64,000 bases of DNA from an uncultured Chloroflexia bacterium (GTDB taxonomy: Bacteria; Chloroflexota; Limnocylindria; Limnocylindrales; CSP1-4), in NCBI GenBank assembly GCA_963707215.1, contig CAVPPB010000001.1, forward strand, positions 800,001-864,000, read 5' to 3'. The notes beneath the pieces are model-generated. The model saw only the letters and a list, made by a program, of their open reading frames with translations. It had not been told where the DNA came from and searched no databases. The first letter of the stretch is position 1. Each line of letters opens with the position of its first letter. Shown piece after piece: positions 22,891-31,456 of this stretch. Position numbers and translations under genes: made by a program.

Positions 22891-22946
22891 GGCTAATGCT
22901 ATTAGCTTGGAGTCGGAGTATGGCTAGGGACCTTAGCTTCTGTCAA
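22891..22946 (-). promoter_or_regulatory. Promoter of the hydrolase-tetR operon with two TetR-like operators
   Basis: TTGACA (22946-41) and CATACT (22922-17) on the minus strand. Palindromes GGCTAATGCTATTAGCTT (22891-908) and GGCTAGGGACCTTAGCTT (22922-39). Confidence 0.7.
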
Positions 22947-23069
22947 GCCCCGCGGGCCGACTCGCCTTGACATCGACGCGACCATGGGAGGGTTCCAGGC
23001 GCGGCGGCGTCCCGAGCCCGACCGGACGAGCGACCGTCCGGTCCGTCCCGTGCCAGGAGGGAGGGTCGG

Positions 23070-24320
23070 ATGACGGTCTCGAGCGTCCCCGAGAGGACCG
23101 CTGCTGCTTCCCAGGATCCGCCCGGAGGGCCCGAGCCCTGGGCGCGATCGGCCCGCGATCTCTACCTGACGGCGATGCTCCTCTTCGTCGTCACGATCGT
23201 CATCGGCATCCTCAACGGGGCGGACGCGATCGAAGTCGATCGCAACCAGCTGCTGACCCACGTCCACGCCGGCACGGTGGGCTGGTTGAGCCTGGCGATC
23301 GTCGCCTCCGCCTTCCTGCTCTTCCGGGCATCGGACACCATCCTGACCTGGGCCCTGTCGATCACCGTGCCGGGCTACGTCCTCGCCTTCTACACCGGGA
23401 ACCTCCCCTTCCGGGCGGCCACCGGGGTCCTGGTGCTGCTGACCATCGCCTGGCTGCTCGTGTGGGCGTGGCGCACGTTCCTGGGCGGCGAGCGGTCGCT
23501 GCCTCGCCTCGCCATGACCCTTGGCCTGACGACCTTCGCCTACGGCGCCGTGATCGGCGTCCTGCTCCAGCTCCAGTACGCGCTCGGGCAGACGCTCCTC
23601 ACCGGCGACGCGATCGGCGCCCACGCCGGCGCGATGACCTTCGGGTACCTCGTCCTCGTCGGGATGGGCCTCATCGAGTGGCGCCTGCTGGGCACCACCG
23701 ACCTGCCGCGCGGCGGTCTCGTCCAGGTCCTCGCGCTCTTCCTCGGCGGCCTGATCCTCTCGGTCGGGCTGCTCACGGGCGTGGGCCAGGCCGCGGGCGG
23801 CATCTACCTCCTGACCCAGCTCGTTGCCGTCGCGCTCTTCGTGGTCCGCCTTGGTCGGCCCGTGCTCCGGGCGGGCTGGGGTCGGGCGAGCGCGGCCCGC
23901 CAGGCCGGCGTCGGCTCGGTCTGGGTGGTCGTCGCCCTCCTTCTCTTCATGTACCTGGTGACCCTCTTCGTCACCTCGAACGACATCGCCTCGGTCCCGG
24001 TCAACATGCTCTTCGCGAGTGATCACGCGACGTACATCGGGGTGATCACGAACCTGGTCCTGGGCCTGCTCCTGGCGCTGAGCGCGGATCGACGGGGCCG
24101 CTGGCCGTGGGCCGACGAGCTGGTCTTCTACGGCGTCAACGGCGGGCTGCTCGTGTTCGTCGCCGGGCTGATCCTCGACTCGGCCGAGATCAAGCGGATC
24201 GGCGCTCCGGTCATGGGCGTCGCCCTGCTGTTCGCCCTGGCCCTCTACGCCTACCGGCTGCTCGGTTCGAGCCTGGAGAGCGAGGACGTGCCCGCGGTCG
24301 CCGGGGAGACCTCGACATGA
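23070..24320 (+). CDS. Polytopic membrane protein (about 12 TM) with His residues in TM segments
   Basis: GGAGG RBS. Motifs THVHAGTVGW, GAHAG, SDHA. Confidence 0.85.
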   Translation: MTVSSVPERTAAASQDPPGGPEPWARSARDLYLTAMLLFVVTIVIGILNGADAIEVDRNQLLTHVHAGTVGWLSLAIVASAFLLFRASDTILTWALSITVPGYVLAFYTGNLPFRAATGVLVLLTIAWLLVWAWRTFLGGERSLPRLAMTLGLTTFAYGAVIGVLLQLQYALGQTLLTGDAIGAHAGAMTFGYLVLVGMGLIEWRLLGTTDLPRGGLVQVLALFLGGLILSVGLLTGVGQAAGGIYLLTQLVAVALFVVRLGRPVLRAGWGRASAARQAGVGSVWVVVALLLFMYLVTLFVTSNDIASVPVNMLFASDHATYIGVITNLVLGLLLALSADRRGRWPWADELVFYGVNGGLLVFVAGLILDSAEIKRIGAPVMGVALLFALALYAYRLLGSSLESEDVPAVAGETST

Positions 24321-24363
24321 CCCGCTCGGGAGGACAGCCCTGCCACCGCGGGAGATCCGGGCG

Positions 24364-25010
24364 ATGGTGACCGTCGGCCGACGACTCTACGACCTCATGT
24401 ACCGCTTCGGGGCGCCGTGGGAGGACGCCGACCGGGTCGAGCTGCGCGCGCTCGTCCGCGACGGCCGCTGCTCCCCCGAGACCCTTCGCCCGCCCGATGG
24501 CAGACCCGCCCGGGCGATCGACCTGGGCTGCGGGTCGGGCAACGTCTCCTGCGAGCTGGCCGAGGCTGGCTTCCAGGTGACCGGCGTGGACTTCTCGCCG
24601 GTCGCCGTGCGCAAGGCCCGGGCCCGAGCGGCGGAGCGCGGCCTCGGGGAGGATCGGATCCGCTTCCTGCAGGCCGACCTGACCCGGGACGCCCTGCCCG
24701 AGGCGCCCGGGCCGTACGACCTGCTCGTCGACTACGGCACCCTCGACGACCTCCCGGCGAGCGGCCGGAGCGCGATGGCGGGGCTCATCGCCGACCTGGC
24801 GCGCCCCGGCGCCCGCTTCTTCCTGTTCGCCTTCTCGGGGGATCCGCAGGACCTGCCCAGGTTCAGCTTCGGTGGCCCGTCACGGGCCTTCCCGGGCCTG
24901 CTCCCCGGCGAGGCCGAGCGGCTCTTCGAGCCGGCCTTCAGGGTCGAGGTCCTGGAGGCCCCCACGCGCCAGCGTCACGTCGCGACCTACCTGCTGGAGC
25001 GGCGGGTGTG
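24364..25010 (+). CDS. Class I SAM-dependent methyltransferase (TPMT-like); 3' end unclear
   Basis: DLGCGSG, VTGVDFS, DLLVDYGTL. The protein-like sequence ends at TYLLERR, but no stop codon follows. Confidence 0.8.
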
Positions 25011-26489
25011 CTGGGCTCGGTGGACACAGGCCTGCCGCCGCCGGTCCGCCAGCCACCCGGCCCGGATTCCCGCGATGTCGTCGAATGGCGCGACGACGGG
25101 AGCTACCGCGCGTCGGTGGCGATCCGTGTCCGGCCGACCCCCCGACTTCCCGGAGATGTGGACCTCATCGTCGTCCAGGCGATCGGTCTCGACTCGCCGC
25201 AAGCGTACGACCCGGCGGGTGGCACAGGGTCGCTGCCCGCGAGCGCCTCTTCGGGTGACGTCTACAACCTCGAAGTGCTCGGCAAGGACGGACACGGGGT
25301 CATGGCCATCGGACCGACCGGCCCGAGCGCCCACGGCAGACGCCACTCGCCGGCACTCCTGGAACTGATGGAGGAAGGCCGAGCCGACACCATCATCGAC
25401 CCGGGCGACGCCGCCATCGGACTCGAACCGCATGTCATGGCTGCCGTGCCGATCCGCTCGACCCCCTTCTACCTCGTGCTGGAGCAACCGGTCGACGTCG
25501 CGCTCGCGCTTCCGAACCAGCTCCGGGAGCGGCTGTTCGCCCTCATCGCTGTCGGGATCGTCGTCACGCTCATCGTCGCCTGGCTCACCACTCGCCACGT
25601 CGTTCGGCCGACCGTGGCCCTTACGGCCGCCGCCGGCCGCATCGCCGCCGGCGATCTGGCGAGCCCGATCACGGTCACCGCCGAGGATGAGGTCGGGGCG
25701 CTGGCCGAGAGCCTGGAGCTGATGCGGATGAGACTCGAGGCCACCCACAGCGAGCTGGCGGCCGTCAACGAGGGGCTCGAGCGCCGGGTGGCCGAGCGGA
25801 CCGAGCGCCTGGGGCAGGTCCTGCGGCGGACGATCCGCGCCCAGGAGGACGAGCGGTATGCGCTCGCCCGCGAGCTCCACGACGAGACGGCTCAGACCCT
25901 GGCGGCCCTGTCGGTCGCCCTCGACCGGGCCAGGGACGACCTGTCGGGCGGATCGGCAGACACCCAGGTGCACATCCGGCAGGCGAAGGAGATCTCGGCC
26001 CGCCTGCTCGCCGAGACGCGCCGGATGATCCTCGGGCTCCGCCCGGCGGTCCTCGACGACCTCGGGCTCGTGCCGGCCATCCGCTGGCACGCCGAGACGA
26101 CGTTCCACGGGACCGGGGTCGAGTGGAGCGTCCATGCGAGCGGTGGCCAGGGGCGCCTGCCCGGGCACCTCGAGATCGCCCTGTTCCGGATCGCCCAGGA
26201 GGCCATCAACAACGTCGCCAAGCACGCGGCCGCCCGAACGGTCGCCATCGAGGTGGACCGGTCGCCGGACCGGGTCCAGCTCACGGTCGCGGACGATGGC
26301 GTCGGGTTCGATCTCGCTGAGGTCATGATGGCCGGCCCGGTCCCGGGCACCCCACCGCGCAGCGTCGGGCTCATGGGCATGCACGAGCGGGTCGCGCTGC
26401 TCGCCGGCCGGCTCGTGATCGACGCGCAGCCGGGTTCCGGGACCCGGGTCCTCGTCCACGTGCCGATCGCCGAGGAGGCCGCGCCATGA
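25008..26489 (+). CDS. HAMP/HisKA_3 sensor histidine kinase, N-terminus apparently missing
   Basis: One TM, HAMP, ERYALARELHDE, LRP.VLDDLGL, QEAINNVAKHA, DDGVGF, GLMGMHERV. Confidence 0.88.
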   Translation: MLGSVDTGLPPPVRQPPGPDSRDVVEWRDDGSYRASVAIRVRPTPRLPGDVDLIVVQAIGLDSPQAYDPAGGTGSLPASASSGDVYNLEVLGKDGHGVMAIGPTGPSAHGRRHSPALLELMEEGRADTIIDPGDAAIGLEPHVMAAVPIRSTPFYLVLEQPVDVALALPNQLRERLFALIAVGIVVTLIVAWLTTRHVVRPTVALTAAAGRIAAGDLASPITVTAEDEVGALAESLELMRMRLEATHSELAAVNEGLERRVAERTERLGQVLRRTIRAQEDERYALARELHDETAQTLAALSVALDRARDDLSGGSADTQVHIRQAKEISARLLAETRRMILGLRPAVLDDLGLVPAIRWHAETTFHGTGVEWSVHASGGQGRLPGHLEIALFRIAQEAINNVAKHAAARTVAIEVDRSPDRVQLTVADDGVGFDLAEVMMAGPVPGTPPRSVGLMGMHERVALLAGRLVIDAQPGSGTRVLVHVPIAEEAAP

Positions 26490-27139
26490 CGCCGACGAGG
26501 ATCGTGATCGTGGACGACCACACGCTGATCCGCCAGGGGATCGCCGGCCTGCTCGACAGCCAGCCTGACCTGGAGATCGTCGGCGAGGCCGGCGACGGTC
26601 GGACGGGGATCGGACTCATCGCGGAGCTGCGTCCGGACGTGGCCCTGCTCGACGTGGCGATGCCCGGGATCAGCGGCCTCGACGCGGCTCGCGAGCTGCA
26701 GGAGCGCTGCCCCGAGGTCGGGGTGCTGATGCTCACGATCCACGATCGCGAGGACTACCTGTTCGAGGCGCTCCGTGCCGGGGCCGCCGGCTACGTCCTG
26801 AAAGGCGCCGACACCACGGAGCTCCTGGCCGCGATCCGGAGCGTCAGTGTCGGGGGCGTCTACCTGCAGCCGGCCGCCGCCAGGTCGCTCATGGCCGATG
26901 TCCTGGCCCGCGCCGAGCGCGGCGACGACCGGGACCGGTATGGTGGCCTGACCGACCGGGAGCGCGAGATCGTCCGCCTCATCGCCCAGGGTCAGACGAC
27001 GCGCGAGATCGCCGATTCGCTCCACCTGAGCCCCCACACCGTCCAGTCGCATCGCGACCGGATCATGGCCAAGCTCGATCTGCACTCGAAGGCCGCCCTG
27101 GTCCGCTTCGCGATCGCACGGGGACTCATCGAGCCATAG
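26486..27139 (+). CDS. NarL/LuxR-family response regulator
   Basis: IVDDH, LLDVAMP, GYVLK, LTDRERE..HTH. Confidence 0.95.
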   Translation: MTPTRIVIVDDHTLIRQGIAGLLDSQPDLEIVGEAGDGRTGIGLIAELRPDVALLDVAMPGISGLDAARELQERCPEVGVLMLTIHDREDYLFEALRAGAAGYVLKGADTTELLAAIRSVSVGGVYLQPAAARSLMADVLARAERGDDRDRYGGLTDREREIVRLIAQGQTTREIADSLHLSPHTVQSHRDRIMAKLDLHSKAALVRFAIARGLIEP

Positions 27140-27264
27140 GGCCTCGCGGCGACGGGTGAGCGGCCTGCTCGTGCGGGCATTCGCCCCACCCCGGTATCCC
27201 GTGGATCGCCCCGTGACCACTGGTCCGAGGCGGCGCCAGACTGGGAGGGAACGGAGGTACCGAG

Positions 27265-27516
27265 ATGTCAAGGAACGTGACGATCGACATCGAGTCGATC
27301 GAGGGCGCCATCCGCCGCTACCGTCTGTCGTGCGTCCACGGCGCATCGGCCGCTGCGACGCTCCTGAGCGGCCCGGCAGCCTCGGACGACGTGGTCGTCG
27401 ACATCCTGTTCGCCCGGCATCGAACGGCCCACGATTGTACCTGCGCCTGGCCGGTCGCCGCCGCGAACGGCACGTTCGCCGGGGCCACCCCGGCCCCCCA
27501 CGAGATGTCGGCATGA
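27265..27516 (+). CDS. Small Cys/His protein
   Basis: GGAGG RBS, CVHG...H..HDCTC, and an ATGA overlap with the next gene. Confidence 0.6.
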   Translation: MSRNVTIDIESIEGAIRRYRLSCVHGASAAATLLSGPAASDDVVVDILFARHRTAHDCTCAWPVAAANGTFAGATPAPHEMSA

Positions 27517-28112
27517 CCATCTTCGGCCCACCCCATGCCCCGCTGGGACGGATCGCGACCCTCGGAGCCGCGGTGATGCTCATCGCGTCCGCGTGCTCGA
27601 CCGCCACCGGGCCCGATGCGTCGCCGTCGGCTGCCGGTCAGGCTCCGAGCCCGACGCCGACCGCCACGCCCGCTCCGACGCCCACACCGGCTCCCACCCC
27701 CACGCCGACGCCGACGCCGACCCCGGAGCCGACCATCCGCCCGGGGACGGCCGAGGCCCCGCGGGCGATCCTCGTCAACATGACCGACGAGCTCCGCTAC
27801 GACCCGGCCGTGATCGAGGTCCAAGCCGGCGAGACGATCCAGTTCGTCGTCCAGAACCCGACCAAGGTCGACCACGACTTCACCGTCGGGGACGAGATGG
27901 CCCAGATGCACCACGAAGAGGAGATGGCCCACTTCTTCGAGGAAGGCGGGATGATGGACGGGCACGACGAACCCAATGCGGTCCTCGTGCGACCCGGCGA
28001 AACGAAGATGCTCGTCATGACCTTCGATGCGCCCGGCGAGCTTCTCATCGGCTGCCACATCCCGGGCCACTACGACGCGGGCATGAAGGGAGCGATCACG
28101 GTCACCGGCTGA
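27513..28112 (+). CDS. Cupredoxin (plastocyanin/azurin family) lipoprotein with Pro-Thr linker
   Basis: Lipobox-like ASAC, (PT)n linker, HDF, type-1 Cu motif CHIPGHYDAGM, His/Met-rich insert. Confidence 0.9.
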   Translation: MTIFGPPHAPLGRIATLGAAVMLIASACSTATGPDASPSAAGQAPSPTPTATPAPTPTPAPTPTPTPTPTPEPTIRPGTAEAPRAILVNMTDELRYDPAVIEVQAGETIQFVVQNPTKVDHDFTVGDEMAQMHHEEEMAHFFEEGGMMDGHDEPNAVLVRPGETKMLVMTFDAPGELLIGCHIPGHYDAGMKGAITVTG

Positions 28113-28132
28113 CGCGATCACCCCGCGTCCCA

Positions 28133-28172
28133 CCGACGCCCGACACGCCAGCAGCTGCGCGTCGGGCGTCGG
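28133..28172 (+). terminator. GC-rich hairpin after the cupredoxin gene (terminator-like, no U-tract)
   Basis: 12-bp perfect stem CCGACGCCCGAC / GTCGGGCGTCGG. Confidence 0.45.
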
Positions 28173-28295
28173 GCCGCGTCAGCACGAGTCGCCCCGCAAC
28201 GGGCCGACCGGCCCTAGCCCGCCGCGACGGATCCGACCGACCATGCCGGTCTCCCGGCGGCTGACGCCGGCAGGCCACCAGAAGGAGACGTCCCC

Positions 28296-29438
28296 ATGGC
28301 CGATCTCTCGACCACCTTCACCGGGCTCCGCTTCACGAACCCGTTCATGCTCGCCTCGGCCCCACCGACCGAGTCGGAGAGCAACATCATGCGGGCCTAC
28401 GAGGCAGGGTGGGGTGGCGTCGTCACCAAGACGATCGGCCTCCACCCGGTGCACAACGTCCGCGGCCCCAAGACGAAGTTCCTGCGGGTCGACGACGGCG
28501 GCAACCGCCTCTCGATGGCCAAGCGCCCGGATTCGACGCTCGTCGCGTCGTGGAACTGGGAGCTCATCTCCGACAAGCCGCTCGACTGGTGGCTTCCGCG
28601 CCTGGCCCGGATCAAGGAGGCCTGGCCGGACCGGATCCTGGTCGCCTCGATCATGGCCGGCTCGGGCAACGACAAGGAGCTCAACGCCTGGCAGACGCTC
28701 GCTGATGGCGTCCAGGATGCCGGGGTCGACGCCATCGAGCTCAACTTCTCGTGCCCCCACATGGACCGCGTCGACATGGGTTCGAACGTGGGCAAGGATC
28801 CGGTCCTCTGCTCGGTCTCGACGCAGGCGGTGAAGGCGGCCGCCAGGGTCCCGGTGTGGGTCAAGCTCACCCCGGCCGGCGCCGACATCGTCGAGGAGGC
28901 GGCCGCGACCTTCCGGGGTGGTGCCGACGCGATCTCGTCGTCGAACACCTGGCCGTCCCTGCCGCCGGTCGATCCCCAGACGCTCGACTTCGAGGTCAAC
29001 GTCGACGGCTACGTCTCGCCCGGCGGCCTTGGTGGTCCGGCGATCCTCCCGCTGTCATTGGCCAAGATGGCCCAGATGACCCAGGCCTTCCCGGACCGCG
29101 AGTTCTCCGGCATCGGCGGGATCTCGACCTTCGATCACGCCCTGGCCTACTTCCTGCTCGGCTGCGGGACGGTCCAGGTCGCCACGGCGGCGATGCTCGA
29201 TCACGCGATCGGGCCCAACGTGATCCGCGACCTCACGACGGGGATGACCGAGTTCCTCGAGCGGCATGCCGACGACGGCTGGAACTCGCTTGCCGATTTC
29301 CGCGGCCTGCGACGCGGCCGGATCGTGCCCCATGCGGACATCGCCCGGCCCGACTCGGCCGACTACCGCGGCGGCTACGAGGAGGAGGCCGAGGGCTACG
29401 CCAGCCCGACCGACGAGCCCGAGCCGATCGGGCGGTAG
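28296..29438 (+). CDS. preA: Dihydropyrimidine dehydrogenase subunit PreA-like, without a C-terminal ferredoxin domain
   Basis: NPFMLASAPP, GWGGVVTKT, NWELISD, ELNFSCPH, WVKLTP, SGIGGI. Confidence 0.85.
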   Translation: MADLSTTFTGLRFTNPFMLASAPPTESESNIMRAYEAGWGGVVTKTIGLHPVHNVRGPKTKFLRVDDGGNRLSMAKRPDSTLVASWNWELISDKPLDWWLPRLARIKEAWPDRILVASIMAGSGNDKELNAWQTLADGVQDAGVDAIELNFSCPHMDRVDMGSNVGKDPVLCSVSTQAVKAAARVPVWVKLTPAGADIVEEAAATFRGGADAISSSNTWPSLPPVDPQTLDFEVNVDGYVSPGGLGGPAILPLSLAKMAQMTQAFPDREFSGIGGISTFDHALAYFLLGCGTVQVATAAMLDHAIGPNVIRDLTTGMTEFLERHADDGWNSLADFRGLRRGRIVPHADIARPDSADYRGGYEEEAEGYASPTDEPEPIGR

Positions 29439-29545
29439 CCCCGGGCGCGGGGCCGCCTGGGACCGGCGACGCGGGCCGGAGTCACGCCGTTCGGCACTCG
29501 CCCCGGCGGCCTCGGTGCTGTTCCATGTGGGCAGGAGGTCGGACC

Positions 29546-29866
29546 ATGACCCAGGCAACGCCCGCACCCGATCCGCTGCCGGAGCCGGAGGAGCCCCTCG
29601 ACGAGGGCCTCATCGCCGGCCGCCCGGTCGAGGATCGGAGCTTCGAGATGGTCGAGACCGGGGTCGGGATCGCGCTCGGCGTCGCCGCCGGCATCGCCGC
29701 CGGCACGGCCCTCGCCGGGGCGCCCGGGACCGTGATCGGCGGGATCTTCGGGGCTATCGTCGGCGCGGTCATCGGCTTCGGCGCCGGCGAGGCGCTCGAG
29801 CAGGCCGAAGGGCTCGCCGCGAGGACCACGGACGCGACCACTCCGCACCCGGGCCCGCAGCACTGA
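29546..29866 (+). CDS. Small glycine-zipper membrane protein
   Basis: GGAGG RBS and two GxxxG-rich hydrophobic segments. Confidence 0.65.
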   Translation: MTQATPAPDPLPEPEEPLDEGLIAGRPVEDRSFEMVETGVGIALGVAAGIAAGTALAGAPGTVIGGIFGAIVGAVIGFGAGEALEQAEGLAARTTDATTPHPGPQH

Positions 29867-29924
29867 GCGCGTCCCGCGCCCTCCAGCGGGCCAGGGAGGG
29901 ACCCGTCCGCGGGCGCTCCGCAGC

Positions 29925-30641
29925 CTAGCCGCCCTCTCCCGGGGAGGCCGACGGAGCCGCGCTCGGCGGATGCTGGGCGACCTCGATGTCGTGGCAGAGC
30001 ACGCAGGTCGAGTCCGGCCGCAGGGCATGGTCGATGGGCAGGCCGCCCATCTGTGACGACTGGTGGCAGGACCGGCAGTCCGTCGTGATGCTGTGGACGT
30101 GCGGTACTTCGGGCGGCGGGTAGGCCGTCGGCTTGTGGCAGAGCCAGCACTCGTTCTCGTTCCGGCTGACCATGCTCGTCGGCAGGTGGGCGTAGCTGCC
30201 GTGGCAGTCGAGGCAGAGCTGGTCCTGGAGCTCCGAGTGGGGCTGGGTGATGGCCGGTCCCTCGACGGCGACCTGGTGGCAGTTGAGGCACTCGTCCTCG
30301 GGGATGCCATCGTGGCCGGGTGCCGTTCGACCGAGGTCGGCCTCCACGTGACATGCGCCGCAGGCCCGCCAGCCCTCGATCGGATGGCCGAGGGCCGGGA
30401 TGGGCTTCAGACCGCCCTCGCCGCCCGAGTCGTGGCAGAGAAGACAGCTGTTGGTCGTGGGGATGTGGGCCAGGCCCATCGGGATCGTGTCGGACGAGGC
30501 CGAGGGCGTTGGCTCGAGCTGGGCCGGCACCCCGGGCGTCGAGCCGAACGAGCTGATCACCACGATGGCCAGCAGCGCCACGACGACGACGATGTTGGCG
30601 GCCAGGAGCAGCCGGATCCCGCGGTCGACGGTGGCCCTCAT
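29925..30641 (-). CDS. Membrane-anchored heptahaem c-type cytochrome
   Basis: N-terminal TM and seven CxxCH motifs (CLLCH, CGACH, CLNCH, CLDCH, CWLCH, CRSCH, CVLCH). Confidence 0.9.
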   Translation of the reverse strand: MRATVDRGIRLLLAANIVVVVALLAIVVISSFGSTPGVPAQLEPTPSASSDTIPMGLAHIPTTNSCLLCHDSGGEGGLKPIPALGHPIEGWRACGACHVEADLGRTAPGHDGIPEDECLNCHQVAVEGPAITQPHSELQDQLCLDCHGSYAHLPTSMVSRNENECWLCHKPTAYPPPEVPHVHSITTDCRSCHQSSQMGGLPIDHALRPDSTCVLCHDIEVAQHPPSAAPSASPGEGG

Positions 30642-31456
30642 GACGTCCGTCCCTCCGCGTGCCCGTCGTCCGGTCCGACCTCCAGGTCCGCGACGTCGGG
30701 GCCGCCGTCACGAGCGTCGGCGATCTCGTCGCGGTCCACGTACTTGTAGCCGCTGAAGATGCTCGACATGAGGCCGTTGCGCTCGATGTGGTCGATGAGC
30801 ACGCAGCTGTAGACGTGGAACAGGGCGATGGCGAGGATGGCCCACATGGCGGCGTGGTGGATGAAGCGGATCAGTTGCGCCCCCAGCAGCTCCCGCAGCC
30901 ACCAGAAGCCGGAGGCCCCTGGTTCGGCCCCGATCAGGCCGTCCAGGGCGAAGCCGGTCACCGTCTCGACGAGGAGCAGGACCCAGAGCAGCACGTAGGC
31001 CGAGGCCGCCAGCTGGTTGTGCCCCAGGACCTTGGGATGGCGGGCGGTCAGGAACGCGTAGAAGGCGGCCTGGCGGAACAGCTCGGTGAACTGGGTCCAC
31101 GATGTCGGGATGAAGGCCGACCAGCGGGCGAACCGGTTGCCGGCGATGAGCCCCCAGATCCGGAGGACCCCGGACAGCAGGAGGGTGAACGCGGCGATCA
31201 TGTGGATCAGCCGGATGGTCCCCATGACCGAGCCGCCGGGCGGGATCAGGAAGGGATCGGCGATGTAGCCGCCGGTCAGGCTGAGCACGACGATGCAGCC
31301 GGCCGTGATCCAGTGGCTCGCCCGGACCGGGATCTCCCAGACGTACAGCCGGAGCCGGCCGAGCGGCAGATCGGAGGCGACCCGGGCGGACGCCTCGGCT
31401 GCGGGGTCGGCGCCCGACGCGCGCTGACCGTCGAGGGGCTCGGTGATGGCGGTCAT
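30638..31456 (-). CDS. Ni/Fe-hydrogenase b-type cytochrome subunit
   Basis: YVWEIPVRASHW, IRLIH, GHNQLA, IRFIHH..MW, FHVY, SSIFSGYK. Confidence 0.93.
   Translation of the reverse strand: MTAITEPLDGQRASGADPAAEASARVASDLPLGRLRLYVWEIPVRASHWITAGCIVVLSLTGGYIADPFLIPPGGSVMGTIRLIHMIAAFTLLLSGVLRIWGLIAGNRFARWSAFIPTSWTQFTELFRQAAFYAFLTARHPKVLGHNQLAASAYVLLWVLLLVETVTGFALDGLIGAEPGASGFWWLRELLGAQLIRFIHHAAMWAILAIALFHVYSCVLIDHIERNGLMSSIFSGYKYVDRDEIADARDGGPDVADLEVGPDDGHAEGRTS

Noticed and set aside
27645-27730. Low-complexity CCGACG-type repeats
   Set aside because: They encode the Pro-Thr linker of the cupredoxin lipoprotein.
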